64,000 nucleotides of DNA. It comes from Azoarcus sp. Lineage in GTDB: Bacteria; Pseudomonadota; Gammaproteobacteria; Burkholderiales; Rhodocyclaceae. The stretch covers positions 2,589-66,588 of the forward strand of contig JAISSY010000054.1 in assembly GCA_031272995.1 (NCBI GenBank), given 5' to 3'. Position numbers and translations under genes: made by a program. This document shows positions 1 through 8,970 of this stretch, piece after piece. The notes below the pieces were generated by a model, which saw nothing but the letters and a program-made list of their open reading frames with translations, had not been told where the DNA came from and did no database searches. Position 1 is the first letter of the stretch. The number at the start of each line of letters is the position of its first letter.

Positions 1-1125
1 GAGAATCGTGTAATCCGACCAGTCGTTGAACGACAGGCAGACGCCCAATCCGAGCAGCCACACCGGCACGCCGGTCAGCAACGCCGCCTTGACGCGATGG
101 ATGCCGCAACGTTCGGTGAGCCATGACACGAACGGCTCGACCAGCGAAATCGACGACGTCCACGCCGCGAACAGCACGAACAGGAAGAAGAACACCGCAA
201 ACACCTGCCCGCCCGGCATGTGCGAAAACACCAGCGGCAGCGTCTGCAGGATCAGCCCCGGCCCCGAGGACGGCAGCATGTCGTAGCCGAAAGTGAGCGA
301 AAAAATCGCCATGCCGGAAAGCAGGCCGACCAGCGTATTGGCCACCACCACCCAGAGACAGGTGCTGCCGATGTTGGTTTGGCGGTCGAGATAAGAGCCG
401 TAGGCCATGATCGCGCCCATGCCGAGACTGAGCGAAAAGAAGGCGTGCCCCATGCCGGCGATGACCACGCCGGAGGTGAGCGCCTCGGCCTTGAAATCGA
501 ACAAGAAGTGCAGCGCCTGACTCATGTCGCCCACCACCGCGCCGTAGAGGGTGAGCACGATGAGGATGAGGAACAGCGCCGGCAGCATGATCTTGTTGGC
601 CGATTCGATCCCAGACACCACGCCGCGCGCCACCACGCCGACGGAAAGCACCATGAAGATGGTGTGGCAAAGCCCCAGGCGCACGGGGTTTTGCACCAAT
701 GCGGCGAAACCGGCCTCAGCCGCTGCCGCCGTCTCGACCCGCACGCCCGTAAACGCCTGCCAGAGGTAATCGACGATCCACCCCGCCACGACGCTGTAGT
801 ACGACAGAATCAACAGCGCCCCTATCGTCCCGATCCAGCCCAGAAACGCCCACCACGGCGAATTGTGCGTCTCCTCCGCCGTGTTCAGCATCGCCGTCAC
901 CGGGTTGCCGTGTCCGCGCCGTCCGATGAGGATTTCCGCCATCAACAAAGGCAGCCCGATGCCCGCCACGCACAGCAGATACACCAGCACGAAGGCGCTG
1001 CCGCCGTTCGAGCCGGCGAGGTAAGAGAATTTCCAGATGTTGCCCAAGCCGACGGCGGAGCCGATGGTGACGAGGATGAATGCCCAACGGTTGCTCCAAG
1101 TGGAGCGCGTGGCGGTGTGGCTCAT
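1..1125 (-). CDS. Sodium-dependent transporter, NSS/SNF family (3' end runs off the window)
   Basis: Read by hand from ATG at 1125: MSHTATRSTWSNRWAFILVTIGSAVGLGNIWKFSY, the NSS TM1 signature (GSAVGLGNIWKF). Absent from the ORF track because there is no stop inside the window. Confidence 0.9.
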   Translation of the reverse strand, partial: MSHTATRSTWSNRWAFILVTIGSAVGLGNIWKFSYLAGSNGGSAFVLVYLLCVAGIGLPLLMAEILIGRRGHGNPVTAMLNTAEETHNSPWWAFLGWIGTIGALLILSYYSVVAGWIVDYLWQAFTGVRVETAAAAEAGFAALVQNPVRLGLCHTIFMVLSVGVVARGVVSGIESANKIMLPALFLILIVLTLYGAVVGDMSQALHFLFDFKAEALTSGVVIAGMGHAFFSLSLGMGAIMAYGSYLDRQTNIGSTCLWVVVANTLVGLLSGMAIFSLTFGYDMLPSSGPGLILQTLPLVFSHMPGGQVFAVFFFLFVLFAAWTSSISLVEPFVSWLTERCGIHRVKAALLTGVPVWLLGLGVCLSFNDWSDYTIL

Positions 1126-1148
1126 GACGGGTTCTTTCTCTCAACAGG

Positions 1149-1187
1149 CCGCCCCGTGACACGGCGGAAAACCATGTCACGGGGCGG
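1149..1187. repeat. Perfect 13-bp inverted repeat (CCGCCCCGTGACA-N13-TGTCACGGGGCGG) between cstA and the NSS transporter gene
   Basis: Seen directly in the sequence. No U-tract follows it on the coding strand. Confidence 0.8.
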
Positions 1188-1230
1188 AGGGATTACGACG
1201 TTACGGCGACGCTTGATAGCGTCGCGCGGT

Positions 1231-2658
1231 TCAGGCGGCCGGAGCGCTGGACGTCCCCTTCACGGAGCGCCAAGCGTAAAGGAACCACACGAACAACGCG
1301 AGCGCGACCACGATGCCGACGGTCAGACCGATTTCATACGGCAGGCCGAAGCCTTCCTTGGCGCACAGAATGTAGCTGGTCACCACGGCGGTCATGAACG
1401 TCGCCGGAATGAAAGCGATCCAGTAGTTCTTGCCGTGCTTGGCCAGATACGCCGCGCCAGTCCACAAGGCCACCGTCGCCAGCGTCTGGTTCGACCATGC
1501 AAAGTAGCGCCAAATGATCTGGAAGTCGATGAAGCACAGCGCCAAACCGAGGATAAAGAGCGGAATGGCGATCGACAGGCGGTTCTTGAACGGCTTCTGG
1601 TCGTAACCGAACCAGTCGGAGATCGTCAGCCGCGCGGAGCGGAAAGCCGTGTCGCCGGAAGTGATCGGGCAGACCACGACGCCGAGTATCGCCAGAATGC
1701 CGCCGACGGAGCCGAGCAGACCGAGCGAAACCTTGCTGACCACCACCGGCGCCGCGCCTGCAGCGGCCAGACCTTCCTGCCCGCCGAAATGCGCCATCGC
1801 GGCGGCGGCCCAAATCAGCGCCACGACGCCTTCGGCGATCATCGCGCCGTAGAACACGCGGCGACCGTCCTGCTCGGTGCGCAGGCAGCGCGCGATGATC
1901 GGCGACTGCGTGGCATGGAACCCGGACACCGCCCCGCAGGCGATGGTAATGAACAGGAACGGGAAGATGTATTGCCCCTTCGGGTGCAGATTGGCGCCGG
2001 TGAATTCCGGAATGTTGGCGATTTCACCGGAGAAAATCAGCATGCAGAAGATGCCGATCGCCATGAACAGCAACACCGCGCCGAAGAACGGGTAGATGCG
2101 ACCGATGATCTTGTCGATCGGCAACATCATCGCCAGCAGGTAGTAGGCGATGATGCAGCCCAGCACGATCCAGTACACCGCTTGGCTGTCCGGGTCGATC
2201 AGGTTCTTGATGATCAGCGCCGGGCTGGTGACGAACACCACGCCGACCAGCAGCAGCAGGATGACGGTAAACACGCGCATGATCTGCCGCGCCGTGTTGC
2301 CGAGATAGTTGCCGGACAGTTCGGCGATGGAAGCGCCGTCGGTGCGCAGCGAAATCATCCCCGCGAGGTAGTCATGCACCGCGCCGGCGAAGATGCAGCC
2401 GCACACGATCCACACGAAGGCCCACGGCCCCCAGTACGCGCCCATGATGGCGCCGAAAATCGGCCCGACGCCCGCAATGTTGAGGAACTGGATGAGCATC
2501 GCCTTGGGCCAGCTCATCTCCACGTAGTCGACGCCATCGGCGATGCGCTTTGCCGGGGTGGCGCGGTTCGGGTCGATGCCGAACACTTTTTCGACGAATT
2601 TGCCGTAGAGGAAGAACCCCGCCAGCAATGCCAATACGGAAACAAGGAATGAGACCAT
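1231..2658 (-). CDS. cstA: Carbon starvation CstA-family transporter (short ~475 aa form)
   Basis: Highly hydrophobic; motifs IAGVGPIFG, GAVHDY and ACGAVSGFHATQSP. SD AGGAG upstream. Confidence 0.88.
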   Translation of the reverse strand: MVSFLVSVLALLAGFFLYGKFVEKVFGIDPNRATPAKRIADGVDYVEMSWPKAMLIQFLNIAGVGPIFGAIMGAYWGPWAFVWIVCGCIFAGAVHDYLAGMISLRTDGASIAELSGNYLGNTARQIMRVFTVILLLLVGVVFVTSPALIIKNLIDPDSQAVYWIVLGCIIAYYLLAMMLPIDKIIGRIYPFFGAVLLFMAIGIFCMLIFSGEIANIPEFTGANLHPKGQYIFPFLFITIACGAVSGFHATQSPIIARCLRTEQDGRRVFYGAMIAEGVVALIWAAAAMAHFGGQEGLAAAGAAPVVVSKVSLGLLGSVGGILAILGVVVCPITSGDTAFRSARLTISDWFGYDQKPFKNRLSIAIPLFILGLALCFIDFQIIWRYFAWSNQTLATVALWTGAAYLAKHGKNYWIAFIPATFMTAVVTSYILCAKEGFGLPYEIGLTVGIVVALALFVWFLYAWRSVKGTSSAPAA

Positions 2659-2838
2659 TTTGACCAGCTCCTTTCCTGCGAACGACAGGAGATACGAATA
2701 ATGCCGGCATCATCGTCGGCATCGAATTGAATTCGCCGATATTCTTCTTAAATATCAAGCAAATCCGACACACCGAACGCAAAAAACTACTGGTGCAAAA
2801 TAAACCTGTCCGCGGCGGTTGTCCATCCTCGGAAATAA

Positions 2839-4326
2839 CTAGCCCTTCCCTTTCAGCGCCGCTTCCAGCCGATCGCAAACCGTCTCGATCACCTTGACGC
2901 GCGCGAACGGCTTGTCGTTCGCCTCCACCAGCGTCCACGGAATCAGCCCGGTGCTGGTGCGTTCCACCATGTCGCACACCGCCTGATGGTAGGCGTCCCA
3001 CTTTTCGCGGTTGCGCCAGTCCTCGTCGGTGATTTTGTAGCGTTTGAACGAGGTTTCCTCGCGCTCCTTGAAGCGGCGCAGTTGCTCGTCCTTGGAGATT
3101 TGCAGCCAGAACTTGATGATGATGGCGCCGTCGCCACGCAACTCGTGCTCGAAATCGTTGATTTCGGCGTAAGCGCGCAGCCAGTCGGCCTCGGAGCAGA
3201 AACCCTCGACGCGCTCGACCAGCACGCGCCCGTACCACGAACGGTCGAAAATGGTGACGCGCCCCTGTTTCGGCACGTGGCGCCAGAAACGCCACAGATA
3301 CGGCTGCGCCAGTTCTTCCTGCGTCGGCGCGGCGATGGGGACGATTTGATACTGCCGCGCGTCCATCGCCGCGACCAGACGGCGGATGCTGCCGCCCTTG
3401 CCCGCCGCGTCGGAACCCTCGAAAACGAGAATCAGCGAGCGTTTCTTGAATTCCGCCGAGCGCACGAGTTCGGACAACCGCCCCTGCGCCTTCGCCAGCC
3501 GCAGTTGATAAATCTTGCGATCCAGACATTGGTCGAGGTCGAGCGCGGTGAGCACGTCGAGCGAATCCACCTTGCGCGACAACGGCGGCGCCACCGGATA
3601 TTCACCCTCGTGCGTGCTGGCGAGCCGCTTTTGCAGCCCGTCGAGCACCATCTTGCCGACGGTGAGCGAGCGATAGCGGTCGTCGTAGCTCTCGACCACT
3701 ATCCACGGCGCCCACGGCTTGTTGGTCAGCCGCAACAGGTGGGAGGCGACTTCCTGAAACTTGTCGTGGGTTTTCAGGCTATCCCAACTCGCCTTGGTGA
3801 CGCGCCATGCGGTGCGCGGGTCTTTCTCCAGCGCCTTGAAGCGCCGCCGTTGCCCGTCCTTGGTGAGATGGAACCAGAATTTCAGAATCAGCGCCCCTTC
3901 GTTGGCGAGCATCGCCTCGAAGCGGTTGATTTGTTCGATGCGCTGGTCGAAGCGGCTATGGTCGATTTCGCCGACGATGAAGCGATGAATCGGCATCGAA
4001 TACCACGACCCGGAGAAAATCCCGATGCGCCCTTTCGGCGGCAGCACTTGCCAGAAACGCCACATGAACGGATGCGCCGCCTCCTCGTCGGTGGGCGCGC
4101 CGTAGGCCAGCGCCGACAGATAGCGCGGGTCCATCCAGCCGTAGAGTTCGTTGATGGTCTCGCCCTTACCGGCGCCATCGACGCCGGAGACGAGAATGAA
4201 CACCGGAAACTTCCCCTTCTCGCGCACCTCGAACTGCGCCTCCAGCAAGGCTTCGCGCAGTTTCTGCACCTCCGCCTTGTAGGTTTTCTTGTCGATGGTG
4301 TGGCCGAGTTCTGCCGATTCAAACAT
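2839..4326 (-). CDS. pap: Polyphosphate:AMP phosphotransferase (two-domain PPK2, class II)
   Basis: Two PPK2 domains with Walker A GVDGAGKG and GSDAAGKG; WRFW and FDRSWY motifs. Confidence 0.92.
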   Translation of the reverse strand: MFESAELGHTIDKKTYKAEVQKLREALLEAQFEVREKGKFPVFILVSGVDGAGKGETINELYGWMDPRYLSALAYGAPTDEEAAHPFMWRFWQVLPPKGRIGIFSGSWYSMPIHRFIVGEIDHSRFDQRIEQINRFEAMLANEGALILKFWFHLTKDGQRRRFKALEKDPRTAWRVTKASWDSLKTHDKFQEVASHLLRLTNKPWAPWIVVESYDDRYRSLTVGKMVLDGLQKRLASTHEGEYPVAPPLSRKVDSLDVLTALDLDQCLDRKIYQLRLAKAQGRLSELVRSAEFKKRSLILVFEGSDAAGKGGSIRRLVAAMDARQYQIVPIAAPTQEELAQPYLWRFWRHVPKQGRVTIFDRSWYGRVLVERVEGFCSEADWLRAYAEINDFEHELRGDGAIIIKFWLQISKDEQLRRFKEREETSFKRYKITDEDWRNREKWDAYHQAVCDMVERTSTGLIPWTLVEANDKPFARVKVIETVCDRLEAALKGKG

Positions 4327-4353
4327 GGTGACGCTCCACGACGTTACAGCGAT

Positions 4354-5226
4354 TCAGCGGTTTTCCTCCGCCCACTTGTTGCGCGCCTGCCGCGCTTCCT
4401 GAAAAAGCAGTTCGAGCCGGTCGCCGTTGTCGGACAACAGCAGCGAGCGGATGAGCGCCAGTTCGCCGAGATATTGGTCGAGTTCGGCGACGATGGCCTG
4501 ACGGTTGGCGAGGCAGATGTCGCGCCACATTTCCGGCGAGCTGGCGGCGATGCGGGTGAAATCGCGGAAGCCGCTGGCGGCGTGCGAGAACAGCAGCTCG
4601 GCGTTGGCGCGGCCGGCGAGGTCGTGCACGAGTCCGAAGGAAAGCAGATGCGGCAAGTGACTGACGGCGGCGAACACGCGGTCGTGGTCTTGCGGCGCCA
4701 TCTCCACCACCGCCGCGCCGCAAGCGCGCCACGCCGCTTTCACTTTTTCGACCGCAGCGGGGTCGTTCTCCGGCAGGGGCGTGACCACCGTGCGCTTGCC
4801 GACGAAGAGCTTCGCATCCGCCGCGTCGACGCCGCTTTTCTCGGTGCCGGCGATGGGGTGCGAAGGCACGACGTTGGCCAGATGCGCGTCGAGCCGGCGA
4901 TAGACGGCGGCGAACACGTCGGTCTTGGTGCTGCCGGCGTCGGTGAGCACGGCGTTGGCGGACAGATGCGGCGCGAGAGCTTCCATCACCGCGTCGGTTT
5001 GCCCCACCGGCACCGAAAGCAGAACGAAATCCGCCCCGTCGAGCGCGCTCGCCAGATCCGCGCCGGCCTCGTCGATGACGCCGAGCTTGACCGCCCGCGC
5101 CAGCGCCGCTTGCGTGCGACCGATGCCGACGACGCGCCCGACTTCGCCCGCCTGCTTGAGCGCGAGCGCGAACGAGCCGCCGACCAGGCCGACGCCGCAA
5201 ACCACGAGTTTTTCAATCAGGGCCAT
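4354..5226 (-). CDS. tyrA: Prephenate/arogenate dehydrogenase
   Basis: GVGLVGGS Rossmann motif; DAGSTK, HPIAGTEKSG, HDRVFAAVSHLPH. Confidence 0.95.
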   Translation of the reverse strand: MALIEKLVVCGVGLVGGSFALALKQAGEVGRVVGIGRTQAALARAVKLGVIDEAGADLASALDGADFVLLSVPVGQTDAVMEALAPHLSANAVLTDAGSTKTDVFAAVYRRLDAHLANVVPSHPIAGTEKSGVDAADAKLFVGKRTVVTPLPENDPAAVEKVKAAWRACGAAVVEMAPQDHDRVFAAVSHLPHLLSFGLVHDLAGRANAELLFSHAASGFRDFTRIAASSPEMWRDICLANRQAIVAELDQYLGELALIRSLLLSDNGDRLELLFQEARQARNKWAEENR

Positions 5227-5247
5227 GCTGTCCCCTTGCGCGTTGCC

Positions 5248-6345
5248 TTACTTCAACGCCTGCCTCAAGGCCGCGATGAAGCGTTCGTTCTCCGCCGGCA
5301 GGCCGATGGAGACGCGCAGCCATTCCGGCAGACCGTAAGCGGCGATGGGTCGCACGATGACGCCCTGCCGCAACAGCGCCGCGTTCACCTTCGCGCCGTC
5401 GCCCACCTTGACGGTGACGAAGTTGCCGAGCGACGGAATCCACTCCAGCCCCAGTTCGGCGAAAGCCGCCGTCAGTTGCGCCATGCCGCGCCGGTTGTTC
5501 TCCGCCACCTCACGCACGAAGTCCTCGTCCTGCAAAGCCGCCACTGCCGCCGCCTGTGCGATGATAGACGCAGTGAACGGCTGCCGCACGCGATTCATCA
5601 GGTCGATGACCTCCGCGCCGCCGACGCCGTAGCCGAGCCGTAACCCCGCCAGCCCGTAAGCCTTGCAGAGCGTGCGCGACACCAGCAGATTGGGAAACCG
5701 CGCCACCCAGGCGATGGAATCGTACCGTTTGTCCGCCGGCAAAAACTCGGTGTAAGCCTCGTCCAGCACCACCAGCACGTCGGCGGGCACGCGGGCGAGG
5801 AAAGCTTCGATGGCCGCGCCGGGCAGGAAAGTGCCAGTCGGGTTGTTCGGGTTGGCGATGAAGACGATGCGCACCTTGTCGTCGATGGCCGTCGCCATGG
5901 CGTCGAGGTCGTGGCCGTAATCCTTCGCCGCCACCTGCACGCAACGCCCGCCGCGCGCCAGCGTCGCCAGCGGATAGACGGCGAACGAATACTGCGCGAA
6001 CACCGAGGCGTCGCCGGGAGCGAGAAAGGTTTGCGTGGCGATTTCCAGCACGTCGTTGGAGCCGTTGCCGACGACGATTTGATTCATATCGACGCCATAT
6101 TTCTCCGCCAGCGCCGCCTTGAGTGCGAAAGCGTTGCCGTCCGGGTAGCGCGCCCCTTCGTCGAGCGCCGCGATGGCCGCCGCCTTCGCCTTCGGACTCA
6201 TGCCGAACGGATTTTCGTTCGAGGCGAGCTTCACGATGTCGCCTTCGGGAATCCCGGTCTCGCGCGCCAACTCCGCAATCGGCTTGCCCGGCTGATACGG
6301 CGAAAGGGAACGAATGTGCGCCGGGGCGCGGCTTGCTACGCTCAT
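5248..6345 (-). CDS. hisC: Histidinol-phosphate aminotransferase
   Basis: KLASNENP, NPNNPTG, VLDEAY, and PLP-lysine motif RTLCKAYGLAGLRLG. Confidence 0.95.
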   Translation of the reverse strand: MSVASRAPAHIRSLSPYQPGKPIAELARETGIPEGDIVKLASNENPFGMSPKAKAAAIAALDEGARYPDGNAFALKAALAEKYGVDMNQIVVGNGSNDVLEIATQTFLAPGDASVFAQYSFAVYPLATLARGGRCVQVAAKDYGHDLDAMATAIDDKVRIVFIANPNNPTGTFLPGAAIEAFLARVPADVLVVLDEAYTEFLPADKRYDSIAWVARFPNLLVSRTLCKAYGLAGLRLGYGVGGAEVIDLMNRVRQPFTASIIAQAAAVAALQDEDFVREVAENNRRGMAQLTAAFAELGLEWIPSLGNFVTVKVGDGAKVNAALLRQGVIVRPIAAYGLPEWLRVSIGLPAENERFIAALRQALK

Positions 6346-6374
6346 TTATCTCTCCTGAATTTTTCCGTCGCCGT

Positions 6375-7463
6375 TCAACGCGCCGCCGGATACGAACCGA
6401 GCACCTTGATGAACGCGGCGCGCTGGCCGAGTTCGGCGAGCGCGGCGGCCAGCGTCGCATCGTTTTGGTGGCCGATGACGTCGATGTAGAACACGTATTC
6501 CCACATGCCGCCGGGGGCGGGGCGCGATTGCAGGCGCGACATGTCGACGCCGTGGCGCACCAACGGCTCCAGCAATTCGTAAATCGCGCCGGGGCGGTTG
6601 GGGGTCGAGCAGACGAGGGAAGTCTTGTCGTGCCCGGTCGGCCCGGCGCCGTGGCGGGCGATGACGAGGAAGCGCGTCGAGTTGCTGGAATCGTCCTCGA
6701 TGTTCGAAGCCAGCCGGTTCAGCCCGTAAAGGTCGGCGGCGGCCTCGCCCGCGATGGCGCAGGATTCCGGGTCTTCGGCGGCCATGCGCGCCGCCTCGGC
6801 GTTGCTCGCCACCGGCACGCGCGGCAGCGTGGCGAGGTTGCGGTTGAGCCATTCGTGGCACTGCGCCAGCGATTGCGCGTGCGAATAGAGCCGTTTCAGC
6901 CCGGCCATTTCCTCGGCGCGCGACAACAGATGATGATGAATGCGCAACTGCACTTCGCCGCACACCTGCAAGGAATGCGCGAGCAGCAAATCGAGCGTGC
7001 TGCCCACCGCGCCCTCGGTGGAATTCTCCACCGGCACGACGCCGTAATCGGCGTGATTCGCCTCCACGGCGCGGAACACCTCGTCGATGGACACGCGCGG
7101 CATCAAATCGGGGGCAGAGCCGAAATGCTTGCGGCTGGCGCTCTCCGAGAACGTCCCTGCCGGGCCGAGATAAGCGACCTTGAGCGGCAATTCGAGCGCC
7201 AGACACGCCGACATCACCTCGCGGAAAATCTGCCGCACCGCCCCGTCCGGCAGCGGGCCGGGGTTGAGGCTGGCGATGCGCTGCAACACCTGCGCCTCGC
7301 GCTCAGGCCGATACGGATACCCGGCGTCGCCGTGCCGCGCCTTGATGCGCCCCACCTCCTGCGCGCAACGGGCGCGACGACTCAACAATTCCAGCATCTG
7401 CCGGTCAAGGTCGTCGATTTCCTGCCGCTTGCCGGCGAGTTCTCGTTGCAGTTCGGGGTTCAT
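6375..7463 (-). CDS. pheA: Chorismate mutase / prephenate dehydratase (P-protein)
   Basis: N-terminal CM domain (RQEIDDLD...PERE), LGPAGTFS, PVENSTEG, C-terminal ACT domain (LQSRP). Confidence 0.95.
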   Translation of the reverse strand: MNPELQRELAGKRQEIDDLDRQMLELLSRRARCAQEVGRIKARHGDAGYPYRPEREAQVLQRIASLNPGPLPDGAVRQIFREVMSACLALELPLKVAYLGPAGTFSESASRKHFGSAPDLMPRVSIDEVFRAVEANHADYGVVPVENSTEGAVGSTLDLLLAHSLQVCGEVQLRIHHHLLSRAEEMAGLKRLYSHAQSLAQCHEWLNRNLATLPRVPVASNAEAARMAAEDPESCAIAGEAAADLYGLNRLASNIEDDSSNSTRFLVIARHGAGPTGHDKTSLVCSTPNRPGAIYELLEPLVRHGVDMSRLQSRPAPGGMWEYVFYIDVIGHQNDATLAAALAELGQRAAFIKVLGSYPAAR

Positions 7464-7515
7464 GAGTCGAAGGCGGGGTCAAAAAAAGGTTGTAATGGTC
7501 GCACCGTCGCGGCTT

Positions 7516-8871
7516 TTAGGAAAGAGCGCCCGGCGCGGACTCCGACACGAGCAGCGGCAGTTGCTCCACAGCATACAGCGGTAAATTAACGAAACTCTCC
7601 TCGGCCCGATACGGCGACAGGGAAACGCGAAAGGCGCGTTCCGGGCGGTATTTGGCGATATAGCTTTTCAGGCTCTGCGAGCGCAGGTTTTCGGCGGCCT
7701 TGACCTCTATCGGCACGATGAATTCGGCGAATTGCATGACGAAATCGACCTCGGCGGCCTTGCCCGCCCAATAGTACGGACGGTTGCCGTAATGCCCGCC
7801 CTCGGCGCGCGCCGTCAGTTGCTGGAAGACGTATTGCTCGACCAGCGCGCCCTTGAATTCGGTAAACACGCGGTCGCCCTCCAAAATGGCTTTGACGTCC
7901 AGCCCCGCCATCGCGCCGAGCAAGCCCACGTCCAGCATGTACAACTTGAAAACGCCCGCTTCGGCATAGGCGTCGATGGGCATGTCGGGTTTCTGGATGC
8001 GGACGACGGCGCTCGCCAGACCGTAGTCGTAGAGCCATTGCAACGCCAACTCGAAATCCTTGGCGCGCGCGCCCGGACGCAGCGCGCCGAAGACGAATTT
8101 CCGGTTCTCGCGCGCGAGATGAACCGGGATGGAATCCCACACTTGCCAGATACGGGCCAGTTGAGCGGGCGGCGCGTGTTTGGAAAAATCGGCGCGCACC
8201 AGTTCCAGCAGGTTGCGTTGCAGGGCGCGCGCCCGCGCGGGGTCCGATGTGGCGGCGTAATCGGCCACCACCTCCGGCATACCGCCGACGCAGTAATACT
8301 GGCGCAGACACTCCACCAGCGTCGAATGCACGGCGTTCAGCAACGGCCAATCCCGCGCCGCGAGCAGGTCGGCCAGTTGCTCCTTGCCGAGCGCGCGCAG
8401 GAATTCGCCGAAACTCATTGGGTGCAGATAGAGAAACTCCACCTTGCCGACCGGAAACGACACGCCCTGATGCAGAGTCATTCCCAGATGACTGCCCGCC
8501 GCGACGACGTGGTATTCCGGCGCGAGTTCGTTGAAATACTTGAGCGCGTTGAGGGCGCGGGGCTGCTCCTGAATCTCGTCGAAAAAAATCAGGGTGTCGT
8601 CGGGGTCGATGCGCGTCTCGAACAGGATTTCCAGCGCCGCCACGATGCGGCGGGGCTGCAAATCGTTGGCGAAAACGGCGTCGAGCCGAGGCCCCGCCTG
8701 AGGGTTGGCGTCCAAATCGAAATTGACGTAGAGGCACTGTTTGTAGTGCAGGCGACCGAACTCGCGTACCAGCCAGGTTTTGCCGACCTGACGCGCGCCG
8801 CGAAGAATCAAGGGTTTGCGGTCTTTGCGCGCCTTCCACGCCAAGAGTTCGTTCATGGCGAAGCGTTGCAT
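7516..8871 (-). CDS. AAA+ ATPase with C-terminal DUF4143 (COG1373-type)
   Basis: Minus strand (ATG at 8871, TAA at 7516-7518, checked in the sequence). Walker A GARQVGKT, Walker B IFFDEIQ, C-terminal EVDFV...PIEVKA nuclease-like motif. Confidence 0.88.
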   Translation of the reverse strand: MQRFAMNELLAWKARKDRKPLILRGARQVGKTWLVREFGRLHYKQCLYVNFDLDANPQAGPRLDAVFANDLQPRRIVAALEILFETRIDPDDTLIFFDEIQEQPRALNALKYFNELAPEYHVVAAGSHLGMTLHQGVSFPVGKVEFLYLHPMSFGEFLRALGKEQLADLLAARDWPLLNAVHSTLVECLRQYYCVGGMPEVVADYAATSDPARARALQRNLLELVRADFSKHAPPAQLARIWQVWDSIPVHLARENRKFVFGALRPGARAKDFELALQWLYDYGLASAVVRIQKPDMPIDAYAEAGVFKLYMLDVGLLGAMAGLDVKAILEGDRVFTEFKGALVEQYVFQQLTARAEGGHYGNRPYYWAGKAAEVDFVMQFAEFIVPIEVKAAENLRSQSLKSYIAKYRPERAFRVSLSPYRAEESFVNLPLYAVEQLPLLVSESAPGALS

Positions 8872-8903
8872 GGCCCCTCCCGCATCACACTGAATGCCAG
8901 CGA

Positions 8904-8970
8904 TTTTGTGACGATTTCACATTTTTCGCTAGCACTTTTTGTGATGAATCACATTTTTCGCTAGCGAAAA
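8904..8970. repeat. Tandem ~30-bp direct repeat with internal TGTGA...TCACA dyads, plus a 16-bp palindrome over the serC stop codon
   Basis: TTTTGTGACGATTTCACATTTTTCGCTAGC (8904-8933) and TTTTGTGATGAATCACATTTTTCGCTAGC (8937-8965); palindrome TTTTCGCTAGCGAAAA (8955-8970). Confidence 0.85.

Noticed and set aside
8907-8953. CRP boxes upstream of the AAA+/DUF4143 gene
   Set aside because: The spacers between TGTGA and TCACA are 5 and 4 nt, not the 6 nt CRP requires; reported instead as an unknown operator or repeat.
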